From positions 1 to 60,429 of IMG/VR virus record IMGVR_UViG_3300045996_001806: a DNA stretch of 60,429 nucleotides; one strand, 5' to 3'. Positions 45,560 to 53,269 of this stretch are shown one piece after another; within the stretch, counting starts at the first letter, position 1, and the number at the start of each line of letters is the position of its first letter. Position numbers and translations under genes: made by a program. The notes under the pieces were generated by a model, which was given only the letters and a program-made list of their open reading frames with translations, did no database searches and was not told the origin of the DNA. This DNA is from a virus. Its lineage: Duplodnaviria; Caudoviricetes.

Positions 45560-45822
45560 TGCCCAACGAGAAGCGCTACGTGATCGTGCAGGCGTCCAGC
45601 ATCGAAGAGTTCGCCATGCCATCTCCGCCGACAGCGAGCAGCGACCACGATCCGCGTGCGCGGCTGAACGTCAGTGCGATCCGCGAGATCGCGAAGGCCG
45701 ACGTCGTGATCGCGATGGACCCGTCGGGCGCCGCCATCGTCGTCTTCGATTCCGACCTCGAGGACGATCAGCAAGGCGCCTTCGTGACGACGATTTACTC
45801 GCAGCCGGTGCAGTGGGCATGA
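45559..45822 (+). CDS. Hypothetical protein
   Basis: TGATG coupling. Confidence 0.65.
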   Translation: MPNEKRYVIVQASSIEEFAMPSPPTASSDHDPRARLNVSAIREIAKADVVIAMDPSGAAIVVFDSDLEDDQQGAFVTTIYSQPVQWA

Positions 45823-46259
45823 GCATCGTCGAGAGAGGGCAGGCGGAGATCGAGCAGCGCGAGCGCGAAGCTCAGGCCCGTAGGGAGCGCTGGTACGACG
45901 AGAACCGCCGACACACGATCTCGAGGTTCCGGCAGGACTTCTACAGGCATCTCTACATCCGCAATCCGGACAAACGCGCCTGGTCGCGCGTGATCCCCGG
46001 CCCGGACATGCCCGAAGTGACCGACTGGGATACCACTGGCCCTGGCGATACACGCGCGCCTTCCACCTTCATCTGCGAGGGCATCCGCTACGCCTGCCGC
46101 TGGGAATACAGGGGAGGCTCGGACCGCGCGGACTGGGATGACGGCTGGTGGCCCCAGTGGTTCGTTGTCGTCGAGCGGCCCAGGTTCTTCGGGCTGCTGC
46201 GTCGGCGCGAAGAGATCCAGGTGCACGGCCCTGCGCAGGTAGCGGAAGCGCTGGCATGA
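45819..46259 (+). CDS. Hypothetical protein
   Basis: ATGA overlaps. Confidence 0.65.
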   Translation: MSIVERGQAEIEQREREAQARRERWYDENRRHTISRFRQDFYRHLYIRNPDKRAWSRVIPGPDMPEVTDWDTTGPGDTRAPSTFICEGIRYACRWEYRGGSDRADWDDGWWPQWFVVVERPRFFGLLRRREEIQVHGPAQVAEALA

Positions 46260-47458
46260 GGATCATCACCCTCAAGGCCGAGAACGTGAAGCGGCTGAAG
46301 GCGGTCGAGATCTCACCCGACGGCGACGTCGTGGTCATCGCCGGCCGCAACGCACAGGGCAAGACAAGCGTGCTCGACGCGATCTGGATGGCGCTGGCAG
46401 GCGCCGCCGGAGCGAAGGAGACGAGCCGCCCGATCAGGGACGGCGAGAAACAGGCGAGCGTAGTGCTCGACCTCGGCGATCTCGTCGTCACCCGGAAGTG
46501 GACGGATGCGGGCACTTCGCTCGCCGTAGCTGCTGCTGATGGCGCGAAGTACCCCTCCCCGCAGTCCGTCCTCGATGGTCTGATCGGGCGGCTCACCTTC
46601 GACCCGCTCGCGTTCGCAGAGGCCTCGCAGAAGGACCAGCTTGCCACGCTGCTCTCGGTGGTCGAACTCCCCTTCGACCCGGCGAAGCTCGCGATGGAGC
46701 GGCAGGGCATCTTCGACCAGCGCACGGACGTGAACCGCGAGATCAAGCGGCTCGAGGGGGCAATCGGCGAGATCCCCGACTACCCCGATGGCACGCCGGA
46801 TGAAGAGGTCTCGGTCGCCGACATCGCCGAGGAACTCGCCCTAGCCGAGCGCCTGTCAGCGCAGTACGAGGCCATGAACGCGCAGCTTCAGCGCGACCAG
46901 GCACGTCTGCGGGAGATCGAAGAGGAGGCGCGGGTCCTTCGTGCTGCGATCGCATCGGGCAAGTCCGAACTCGAGAGGTACTCCATGCCGGATGCCGATG
47001 CGCTGCGCGAGCGCATGGCAAGCGCCGAGTCGGTCAACGCGCACGTGCGAGCACAGGCGGAGACTCGTCGGCTCGTGGGCCAGCGCGGAACGATGCTGAC
47101 GGAATCCGAGCGGCTCACCGCCAGGCTCGCTGAGATCGACCGCGGGAAGGCCGACGCTCTCGCCAAGGCGAAGATGCCGCTCGAGGGCCTCTCCTTCGAC
47201 GACGAGGGCGTGCTCTTCAACGGCGTGCCCTTCTCGCAGGTCTCGGACTCGGAGAAGCTTCGCGCGTCGATGGCGATCGCGATGGCGCTCAACCCGAAGA
47301 TCCGGGTCCTGCGGATCACGGACGGGTCGCTGCTCGACTCCGAGAACATGCGCCTCATCTCGGAGATGGCCGGCGAGCACGACTTCCAGGTCTGGATCGA
47401 GCGCGTCGACGAGTCGGGAGAGGTCGGCGTGACGATCGAGGATGGGGCAGTAGCATGA
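46256..47458 (+). CDS. SMC/Rad50-like ABC ATPase
   Basis: ENVKRLK, GRNAQGKTS Walker A, coiled coil, S.SE signature, DGSLLD. Confidence 0.9.
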   Translation: MRIITLKAENVKRLKAVEISPDGDVVVIAGRNAQGKTSVLDAIWMALAGAAGAKETSRPIRDGEKQASVVLDLGDLVVTRKWTDAGTSLAVAAADGAKYPSPQSVLDGLIGRLTFDPLAFAEASQKDQLATLLSVVELPFDPAKLAMERQGIFDQRTDVNREIKRLEGAIGEIPDYPDGTPDEEVSVADIAEELALAERLSAQYEAMNAQLQRDQARLREIEEEARVLRAAIASGKSELERYSMPDADALRERMASAESVNAHVRAQAETRRLVGQRGTMLTESERLTARLAEIDRGKADALAKAKMPLEGLSFDDEGVLFNGVPFSQVSDSEKLRASMAIAMALNPKIRVLRITDGSLLDSENMRLISEMAGEHDFQVWIERVDESGEVGVTIEDGAVA

Positions 47459-47461
47459 AAG

Positions 47462-47613
47462 GGGGTGAGCACAGGGCACGGCGGCCTTATCGCCACGAGG
47501 CTGAACGGTGGGTTCCCGTACCGGACTCGCAATTGAGCGTAGGTCTGACGGGACGCGAGGGTAGGCCGGCCATAGCGATGACCGCCCCCGGTTCCGTGTC
47601 CTGTGCTGACTCC
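47462..47613 (+). ncRNA. Candidate structured RNA (about 150 nt) overlaid by a 53-aa ORF (47455-47616)
   Basis: 14-bp closing helix 47468-47481/47594-47607 extended by GGGGT/ACTCC; internal helices. Confidence 0.55.
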
Positions 47614-47615
47614 TG

Positions 47616-47777
47616 ATGCGGAGGCTGCTCGGACGCTGGCTCTGCCGCCTTGGTCGTCACGACTGGCGCTACTACATCGGCCACGATTTCGGCGCTGGGC
47701 TGAGCACCGCTGTGGTCGCGCGCTGTCGTCGACGTTGCGGCATCCCTGACGAACTCATCGAGGTCGTGCGTGGCTGA
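47616..47777 (+). CDS. Small Zn-binding protein (DUF1660-like)
   Basis: WLCRLGRHDW...CRRRCG. Confidence 0.65.
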   Translation: MRRLLGRWLCRLGRHDWRYYIGHDFGAGLSTAVVARCRRRCGIPDELIEVVRG

Positions 47778-47779
47778 CA

Positions 47780-47956
47780 ATGCTGACCCAGCGTGACTAC
47801 CTCGAGATCGAACTGCAGGGCCTGGAACGACGTCTCGCTGACGTTACGGCCCCAGGCCGTCAAGTCGCACCGACCGAAGAAGGCCGGGCCTATCGCGAGA
47901 AGCTCGAAGACGACATCGCCGAGCTCCGGGAGCGACTGGCGTCCGAGGGGGGTTAG
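47780..47956 (+). CDS. Hypothetical coiled-coil protein (58 aa)
   Basis: MLTQRDYLEIELQGLERRL... Confidence 0.65.
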   Translation: MLTQRDYLEIELQGLERRLADVTAPGRQVAPTEEGRAYREKLEDDIAELRERLASEGG

Positions 47957-48145
47957 ATACTCACGTCACTTCAGATAGCAGCCCTCGTCACGGTCATCGT
48001 GGTGGTCTCGGCTCTCTGGTTGTGCGTGTACCTCAAGGCCTCCGCGATGACGGAGCAAGCCCGCGCTCGTTTGGCAAGCGCGGAGGACCTGTCATCGGAC
48101 AAGGAGAAGGGATCATCTTTCGTGTTTTCGCAGGAGTCGTCATAG
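47957..48145 (+). CDS. Small membrane protein, probable ATA start
   Basis: SD GAGGGGG then ATA; ILTSLQIAALVTVIVVVSALWLCVYL is a full TM helix. Confidence 0.5.
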   Translation: MLTSLQIAALVTVIVVVSALWLCVYLKASAMTEQARARLASAEDLSSDKEKGSSFVFSQESS

Positions 48146-48879
48146 CCGCCGCGGCCGCCATCGCTTTCGTAGGCTTCACGGGCTCGGGGGCCGCCGTGGG
48201 CGAGCACCCCTTTCGTGCTCAGGCCGTAACGGACCCCAGCGCGGTTGCAGCCGCGAAGTCGAGAGGGACTGTGCGGCGGTGCCCCGATGCCCGTGGGGGA
48301 TTGCGCTTCTATCGCGTGCGCTACTCGCACCACCGCGGGGTGCGTGGCCTAGATACGCCCTGGCCGGCGGGTCGCAAGCCTCGCAACTGCGCGGACGCTC
48401 GGTACCTGTCAAGCGACGTGTGGCCTGGCCGCGCGTACAAGGAGCGGTTGAGAACGCAGAAGTGGCTTCAGTTCCAACTGCCGGACGTGGCCTCCTGGCT
48501 CGTGGCTGTGCGAATCGTGCAGCGCTTCTTCCCAGGCACCGAGCGATGGATGCTCTCGTGCTCAGACGCCGAGGGCTACAACAAGGGCGACCCTACGCGC
48601 TGGGTCACTTACGGGGGCGATCCCTTTTCGATGGCCGCCTGGTTCGCCGACGAGGTAGGGGGTCCTCCGCAGTACCGGCCAAGCACGTTCCAGGGCCACT
48701 ACCGCAACGGTCTCGACTACATCGAGGCCCGTGGCTATCGCGCTCCAGACCACCTACGCGACCACTCGACGACGACCGCCTGGCGCTCGATGTTGGCACA
48801 GGCGATCGCGATGGGCTGGGCGAGGTTCACCGGCAACGACAACTCCCACTGGTCCGCGAGTTGGGGCAACGGCTGCTGA
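48112..48879 (+). CDS. Secreted lysozyme/transglycosylase-like protein, probable ATC start
   Basis: SD AAGGAG before ATC ATC; signal peptide; C..AEG...GPPQYRPSTF...HW. Confidence 0.6.
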   Translation: MIFRVFAGVVIAAAAAIAFVGFTGSGAAVGEHPFRAQAVTDPSAVAAAKSRGTVRRCPDARGGLRFYRVRYSHHRGVRGLDTPWPAGRKPRNCADARYLSSDVWPGRAYKERLRTQKWLQFQLPDVASWLVAVRIVQRFFPGTERWMLSCSDAEGYNKGDPTRWVTYGGDPFSMAAWFADEVGGPPQYRPSTFQGHYRNGLDYIEARGYRAPDHLRDHSTTTAWRSMLAQAIAMGWARFTGNDNSHWSASWGNGC

Positions 48880-49100
48880 TGAATTACGGGCGAGGAGAGG
48901 TCATCCGAAAGCGCTGGCCTCTCCTCGCCATCCTGCTCGCGAACGCACTCGCGGCGATCACGCTCTTCTGGGCGGGCATGTGGGCCGCGGAGACGAACCG
49001 CTACGACGGATGTCAGTACGTCGATGTCGGGGCTCCGTCGTTCTGGGCGTGCCCCGCAGAGAGGTCTAGGCCAGCACCGCCGACCTCCGAGCAAACGTGA
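48879..49100 (+). CDS. Small membrane protein
   Basis: One TM, coupled at both ends. Confidence 0.6.
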   Translation: MNYGRGEVIRKRWPLLAILLANALAAITLFWAGMWAAETNRYDGCQYVDVGAPSFWACPAERSRPAPPTSEQT

Positions 49101-49252
49101 GCGCTCCGGAGCCTCCATCTCGAGTCGTGGTTTGCACCCGCTGCGGCGAGGATGTGGAGGTCTTCGGGGCGCTCTCCCTCATACGGCATCCCTACGTGTG
49201 CGTGGCCTGCCTGGATCCGAGGCACAAGTCGACTCAGAGCCTGGAGGAATAG
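49097..49252 (+). CDS. Zn-finger peptide (51 aa)
   Basis: CTRCG...YVCVAC. Confidence 0.6.
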   Translation: MSAPEPPSRVVVCTRCGEDVEVFGALSLIRHPYVCVACLDPRHKSTQSLEE

Positions 49253-49257
49253 TGTTG

Positions 49258-49431
49258 ATGCGCTTTATCGACAAGGTGCTCGGCGTGTCGGAGCCTCCAC
49301 CGGAGGGCAAGACCATTGCGCAACTGCCAGTGGCAACCTCGCTGCGTCCCGATGACGTGATCCCGGTCATGCAGGGCGGAGTCACGAAGCAGATCACGGT
49401 TGCTCAGTTGCGGGAGGCGATGCGTGAATGA
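49258..49431 (+). CDS. Small protein resembling a tail-fibre N-terminal module
   Basis: TIAQLPVA......D..PV.QGGVTKQIT. Confidence 0.6.
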   Translation: MRFIDKVLGVSEPPPEGKTIAQLPVATSLRPDDVIPVMQGGVTKQITVAQLREAMRE

Positions 49432-49763
49432 GCGACCAACTCTCCCTCGTCGGCCCGTCGACACCGCCGGACCTGAAGCTCACGAAGAGGCAGCGCTTCT
49501 CCCTCGAGTTCATCGCGCACCGGCCGCCCTCGAGCGAGGAGCTCGGCGCTGCCCTGCACGAGTACCGGATGCAGGGAGGCGGCCGCGGCCACCGGGCGGA
49601 GAACCGCTGCGACTGGTGCCAGGCCGAGGGCGCGCACATGGGCAACCGCCTGCGCCAGCTCAAGCTCGTGCGCTTCGCGCGCGGACTGGGCGTGTGGTAC
49701 CTCGCTGAGAGCGGCAAGCCGAAGGCCGTCAGCGGCTCCCAGTCGGACGACATCCCCTTCTAG
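49428..49763 (+). CDS. Winged-HTH-like protein ending in DDIPF
   Basis: LTKRQ...L.FI, CDWC, RL.QL.LV. Confidence 0.65.
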   Translation: MSDQLSLVGPSTPPDLKLTKRQRFSLEFIAHRPPSSEELGAALHEYRMQGGGRGHRAENRCDWCQAEGAHMGNRLRQLKLVRFARGLGVWYLAESGKPKAVSGSQSDDIPF

Positions 49764-49794
49764 GTGCCTGTGGCCCCGCTCCACCCCCGAGTCC

Positions 49795-49823
49795 TTGACA
49801 CCCGTTTTATAAAACGAAAGACT
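49795..49823 (+). promoter_or_regulatory. Promoter with perfect 14-bp palindromic operator
   Basis: TTGACA-N17-AAGACT; CGTTTTATAAAACG at 49803-49816. Confidence 0.7.
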
Positions 49824-49833
49824 GGCATTCTCG

Positions 49834-50085
49834 TTGCCACGTGTCAGTCCGTATCTCGCTCTTCAGATCGTCCCTCGTTTTCGTGAGATCCGTGGCACTC
49901 GCAGACTCCTTGCGATGAACGAGCTCACGCAGATCCGCGACTACCCGAAAGGAATTCCCGTGGCGACCCTCTCACAGATCGAGCATGGCCATCGCATTCC
50001 GCGCCCAGAGGAGATGGACCGCCTCGAGCGCGCCTATGGCCATCGCGATCGCTGGTACGCGGTCGAGTTGCGGATCGTCGGATGA
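49834..50085 (+). CDS. XRE-family HTH regulator
   Basis: GIPVATLSQIEHG.R.P...E..RL..AY. Confidence 0.75.
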   Translation: MPRVSPYLALQIVPRFREIRGTRRLLAMNELTQIRDYPKGIPVATLSQIEHGHRIPRPEEMDRLERAYGHRDRWYAVELRIVG

Positions 50086-50699
50086 GCGGCTACGCAGACC
50101 TGCGCGAGCTCGGCGTCGCGTTCGTGCCGCCCGATGGCCCGATGCCTCCGGCGCTCAACCGCGTCCCCCAGTTCAGCGCGTCGTGGTCGCAGACCGTCGA
50201 GCTTCTCGCTCGCGAGCTTCGACACCTGGACGCAAAGGGAATCTCGATCGAGCTCGACATGGAGGCGCGCATGTTCCGGCAGGACGGCCTGCCGCGCTCG
50301 GACGCGCGCTCGCGCTCCGACGCCGTGCGGATCTCCTTCACCTCGCGCTTCGGGCCGCTGCGCTACGAGACGGGGGAGTTCCGGGCCAGCCCGTACTACC
50401 GCTCGTCGCTGGCGGGCTGGCAGAACAACCTGCGCGCGATCGCGCTCTCGCTCGAGGCGTTGCGCAAGGTCGACCGCTATGGCGTGTCCAAGCGCGGCGA
50501 GCAGTACCGCGGCTGGCGGGCGCTGCCTACTGGCACGGACCCGGCCGACGCGATCGCGACACCGGAGATCGCGCGTGCGTTCCTGGCGCAGTGGGGAGGC
50601 GACTGGAAGACCGCCGTGAAGGCTACGCACCCCGACGCCGGCGGCGATCCGACCGAGTACCGCAAGGTCATTCGGGCCAAGGAGCTCGTCGGCGCCTGA
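50082..50699 (+). CDS. Phage protein with C-terminal J-domain-like HPD motif
   Basis: W..NLRAIALSLEALRKVDRYGV...EQY.GW.AL; THPDAGGD. Confidence 0.8.
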   Translation: MSGYADLRELGVAFVPPDGPMPPALNRVPQFSASWSQTVELLARELRHLDAKGISIELDMEARMFRQDGLPRSDARSRSDAVRISFTSRFGPLRYETGEFRASPYYRSSLAGWQNNLRAIALSLEALRKVDRYGVSKRGEQYRGWRALPTGTDPADAIATPEIARAFLAQWGGDWKTAVKATHPDAGGDPTEYRKVIRAKELVGA

Positions 50700-51220
50700 T
50701 GTACGCGGGCATCGACTACGACACGAACACGGTGCACGTCGTGCTGCTACCCGAGGAGGAGCCGCCGCGCTACCTGCCCTTCGTGATGCATGGCCATGAT
50801 TCTTTCGAGCGCGCGCGCGCGGTGCGAGAAGTGATGCCTCCGCGCGGCTGGTGGGACGATGAGGGTGTGATCGCGATCGGTATCGAGGACCCGATGCAGA
50901 AAGGACCCGCGAGTCGCACCTTCCTGCCGAAGCTCAAGATGATCCAGGGTGCCATCCTGGCCTGCCTGCCGCCCGGCACCCTGGTTCAACCCTTCGTAGC
51001 GACGTCGTGGCGGAAGGAGGTCGGCCTCTCTGGGCGCGCGACGAAGGAGGACATCGCCGACTTCGTGTACGACGCTCAGAACCAGGGCGATGCGCGCGAG
51101 GGCGACGTTCTCGAGCTTGACACGCGCGCCTTCTGGGACGCGCAGTGGCCGCAGGACGCCTGCGATGCGTACTGCCTCGCGCTCTGCGTCGAGAAGCTGA
51201 CCGAGCCGATGGCAGCCTGA
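50699..51220 (+). CDS. RuvC-like Holliday junction resolvase
   Basis: YAGID, IE.P, WRK.VG..G.ATK, QD.CDA. Confidence 0.75.
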   Translation: MYAGIDYDTNTVHVVLLPEEEPPRYLPFVMHGHDSFERARAVREVMPPRGWWDDEGVIAIGIEDPMQKGPASRTFLPKLKMIQGAILACLPPGTLVQPFVATSWRKEVGLSGRATKEDIADFVYDAQNQGDAREGDVLELDTRAFWDAQWPQDACDAYCLALCVEKLTEPMAA

Positions 51221-51990
51221 TGCCACAGCCCGGTCTTCGCGGGAACCGCGCGCGGAACTACCGCAAGGTGAAGCGGCTGCGCGACAAGGGCTACTACCAC
51301 CGGGAGATCGCGTACCTCACGGGCCTCTCACGTTCCTATGTCGCCTGCCTTCTCAGCGATCCCGATGGCAGGGCCGATCGTGTCCGCAAGGCGAGCTACG
51401 CGGGTACGTGCGGTCGCTGCGGAGGTCCCACCGATGGCAGCAACGGGCGCGCGCAAGCGCCGGACTACTGCGCTACGTGCCATCCAATCGTCATGCGCAA
51501 GTGGACACGCGAGCGCGTGGTCGAGGCTGTCCGAGAATGGGCGCGGCGCCGTGGACGTGCTCCTACCGCGAATGAGTGGATCGCCAGGGTGGTCGATCCC
51601 GACGGCTACGAGTTCCCGCCTCGCACCGCGGTGTACGACTCCGGCAATCACTACCTGCGACCGAACTTCGACTCGTGGGCGGACGCGATCGAGGCGGCTG
51701 GATTCCCGCACCCGGGATCGAGCCGCAACTACATCGACAAGGACGAATGGAGGGTGGAGAACATGGGTGACGTGAAGCTCACCAGGCAGTACGTCGTCTT
51801 CAAGGTTGGAGAAGACGGCGAGCTCGAGGTCCTCGACCAGCACGTCGAGGCCTCGACGCTCAACGGCGCCGTCGAATCTGTGGCGGTCTCCGGTCACGCG
51901 AAGTACGCGGCCATTCCGCGATCGCAGGTCATCGAGTTCAGCGCTCAGCCGAGGTTCGTCGCCTCGAGAAACGGGAGGGATGATGGTTAG
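51220..51990 (+). CDS. HTH + Zn-finger + homing-endonuclease-associated repeat protein
   Basis: REIA..TGLSRS.V, CGRC..C..C, WTRE.VVEA.REW....GR.PT..EW...F.SW..A.EAAG. Confidence 0.7.
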   Translation: MPQPGLRGNRARNYRKVKRLRDKGYYHREIAYLTGLSRSYVACLLSDPDGRADRVRKASYAGTCGRCGGPTDGSNGRAQAPDYCATCHPIVMRKWTRERVVEAVREWARRRGRAPTANEWIARVVDPDGYEFPPRTAVYDSGNHYLRPNFDSWADAIEAAGFPHPGSSRNYIDKDEWRVENMGDVKLTRQYVVFKVGEDGELEVLDQHVEASTLNGAVESVAVSGHAKYAAIPRSQVIEFSAQPRFVASRNGRDDG

Positions 51991-52294
51991 GCCACGCAGT
52001 AGACGCAGGGTGCAGATGTCCCTGTACGAGTCGGACGTCACCGAGCACCACCCCGATCTCGTAAAGGCACTCAACCATCGGCAGGCGATGTCCGAAGCGC
52101 TGTCGACGGCGAAGCAGAACTACGACACCGCGCACAAGGCGTGCGAGCCGCTCATCGCGAAGCTCGAGCTGGGCGAGGACGCCGCGGTGCGGGTGGGCGA
52201 CTTCGTGATCTCGCAGAAGCTCGGCAAGTCCGCGCACGTGGAGTTCGAGCGGAAGTCGTCACTGCGCACGAGGATCCGCAAGCTCGATGAGTGA
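51980..52294 (+). CDS. Hypothetical protein
   Basis: SD GGGAGG. Confidence 0.65.
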   Translation: MMVRPRSRRRVQMSLYESDVTEHHPDLVKALNHRQAMSEALSTAKQNYDTAHKACEPLIAKLELGEDAAVRVGDFVISQKLGKSAHVEFERKSSLRTRIRKLDE

Positions 52295-52829
52295 CGCGAT
52301 CCTCCGGATCTACAACCCCGAGGAGTGCCAACTCACGGGGTACCCGGCGGCGTGGGACCACGACTCGTTCATCGGGGCCGATCGCTTCCCGGCGATCAAG
52401 CACTACGTGCGGATGCTCGCCGGCGATCGCTGCGAGCGCTGCGGGCATCCGTACAGGGTCGGCCAGTCGGAGCCTCAGTGGTCGGCCTGCGACGAGCAGT
52501 GCGTACACGACGGACCCGTGAAGAAGGTGATTAGCGACGGCATCGAGTTCGAGCTCGTGCTGGCGAAGTGGCGCGTTCTCACCGTCCACCACCTGAACGG
52601 CGTCAAGTACGACTGCCGCTGGTGGAACCTCGCTGCTCTCTGCCAGCGCTGCCACCTCTCGATCCAGGGCCGGGTCGTCATGGAGCGCGCGTTCATTTTC
52701 GAGCACTCCGACTGGTTCAAGTCGCACGCGGCAGGCTGGTACGCCGACAAGTACCTCGGCGAGGACCTGAGTCGGGAGGAGACGTTCGCGCGCATGGACG
52801 AGCTCCTCGCGCTCGAGCAGCTCGCATGA
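52287..52829 (+). CDS. HNH endonuclease
   Basis: RCERCG, LTVHHL.G...DC...NL.ALCQRCH. Confidence 0.85.
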   Translation: MSDAILRIYNPEECQLTGYPAAWDHDSFIGADRFPAIKHYVRMLAGDRCERCGHPYRVGQSEPQWSACDEQCVHDGPVKKVISDGIEFELVLAKWRVLTVHHLNGVKYDCRWWNLAALCQRCHLSIQGRVVMERAFIFEHSDWFKSHAAGWYADKYLGEDLSREETFARMDELLALEQLA

Positions 52830-53035
52830 CGCTCTCGGAGAGACAGCGCCGCGCGCTCATCGTGCTGCGCAGCCACGGCAACTGGATGAGTTCGGGCCAC
52901 TTTGGCGTGAGAACGAACACCCTCGACTCGCTCCAGAAGAAGGGTCTCGTCGAGATGCGGACGCGCTACCACTCGCTCGACTTCGAGTACCGCATCATCG
53001 ACGACGGCCGGCGCCTACTGGCGTCCCTCGAATGA
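52826..53035 (+). CDS. Small winged-HTH-like protein
   Basis: LSERQRRAL...TL.SL.KKGLVE...Y.I...GR. Confidence 0.7.
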   Translation: MTLSERQRRALIVLRSHGNWMSSGHFGVRTNTLDSLQKKGLVEMRTRYHSLDFEYRIIDDGRRLLASLE

Positions 53036-53076
53036 GGTATTTCGCGCTCGAAGCGACAGGCCCGGATCGTTGGCCC

Positions 53077-53105
53077 TTGTAAGACGTCGGGTATGCCGTT
53101 AGGCT
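53077..53105 (+). promoter_or_regulatory. Sigma70/SigA-type promoter of the helicase gene
   Basis: TTGTAA-N17-TAGGCT. Confidence 0.7.
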
Positions 53106-53110
53106 CGTCG

Positions 53111-53250
53111 TTCTCGTGACGAGCTCTCTCTATAGGCCTGGGCAGTACCACCCGGGGTCGGTGCTCGTGGCGAAGGCGGGATCTGCTGCGGCGGATCCAG
53201 CCGCTCGCTCGTCACGAGGAGCCGCGAGCACCGTCCCGGGGTGGGGCTGA
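53111..53250 (+). ncRNA. Structured 5' leader RNA with 44-aa uORF (53116-53250)
   Basis: About 23-bp helix 53148-53171/53221-53244, inner hairpin, 12-bp complementarity 53113-53124/53207-53218. Confidence 0.65.
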
Positions 53251-53269
53251 GTTCTGGTAGGGCGGTCCG

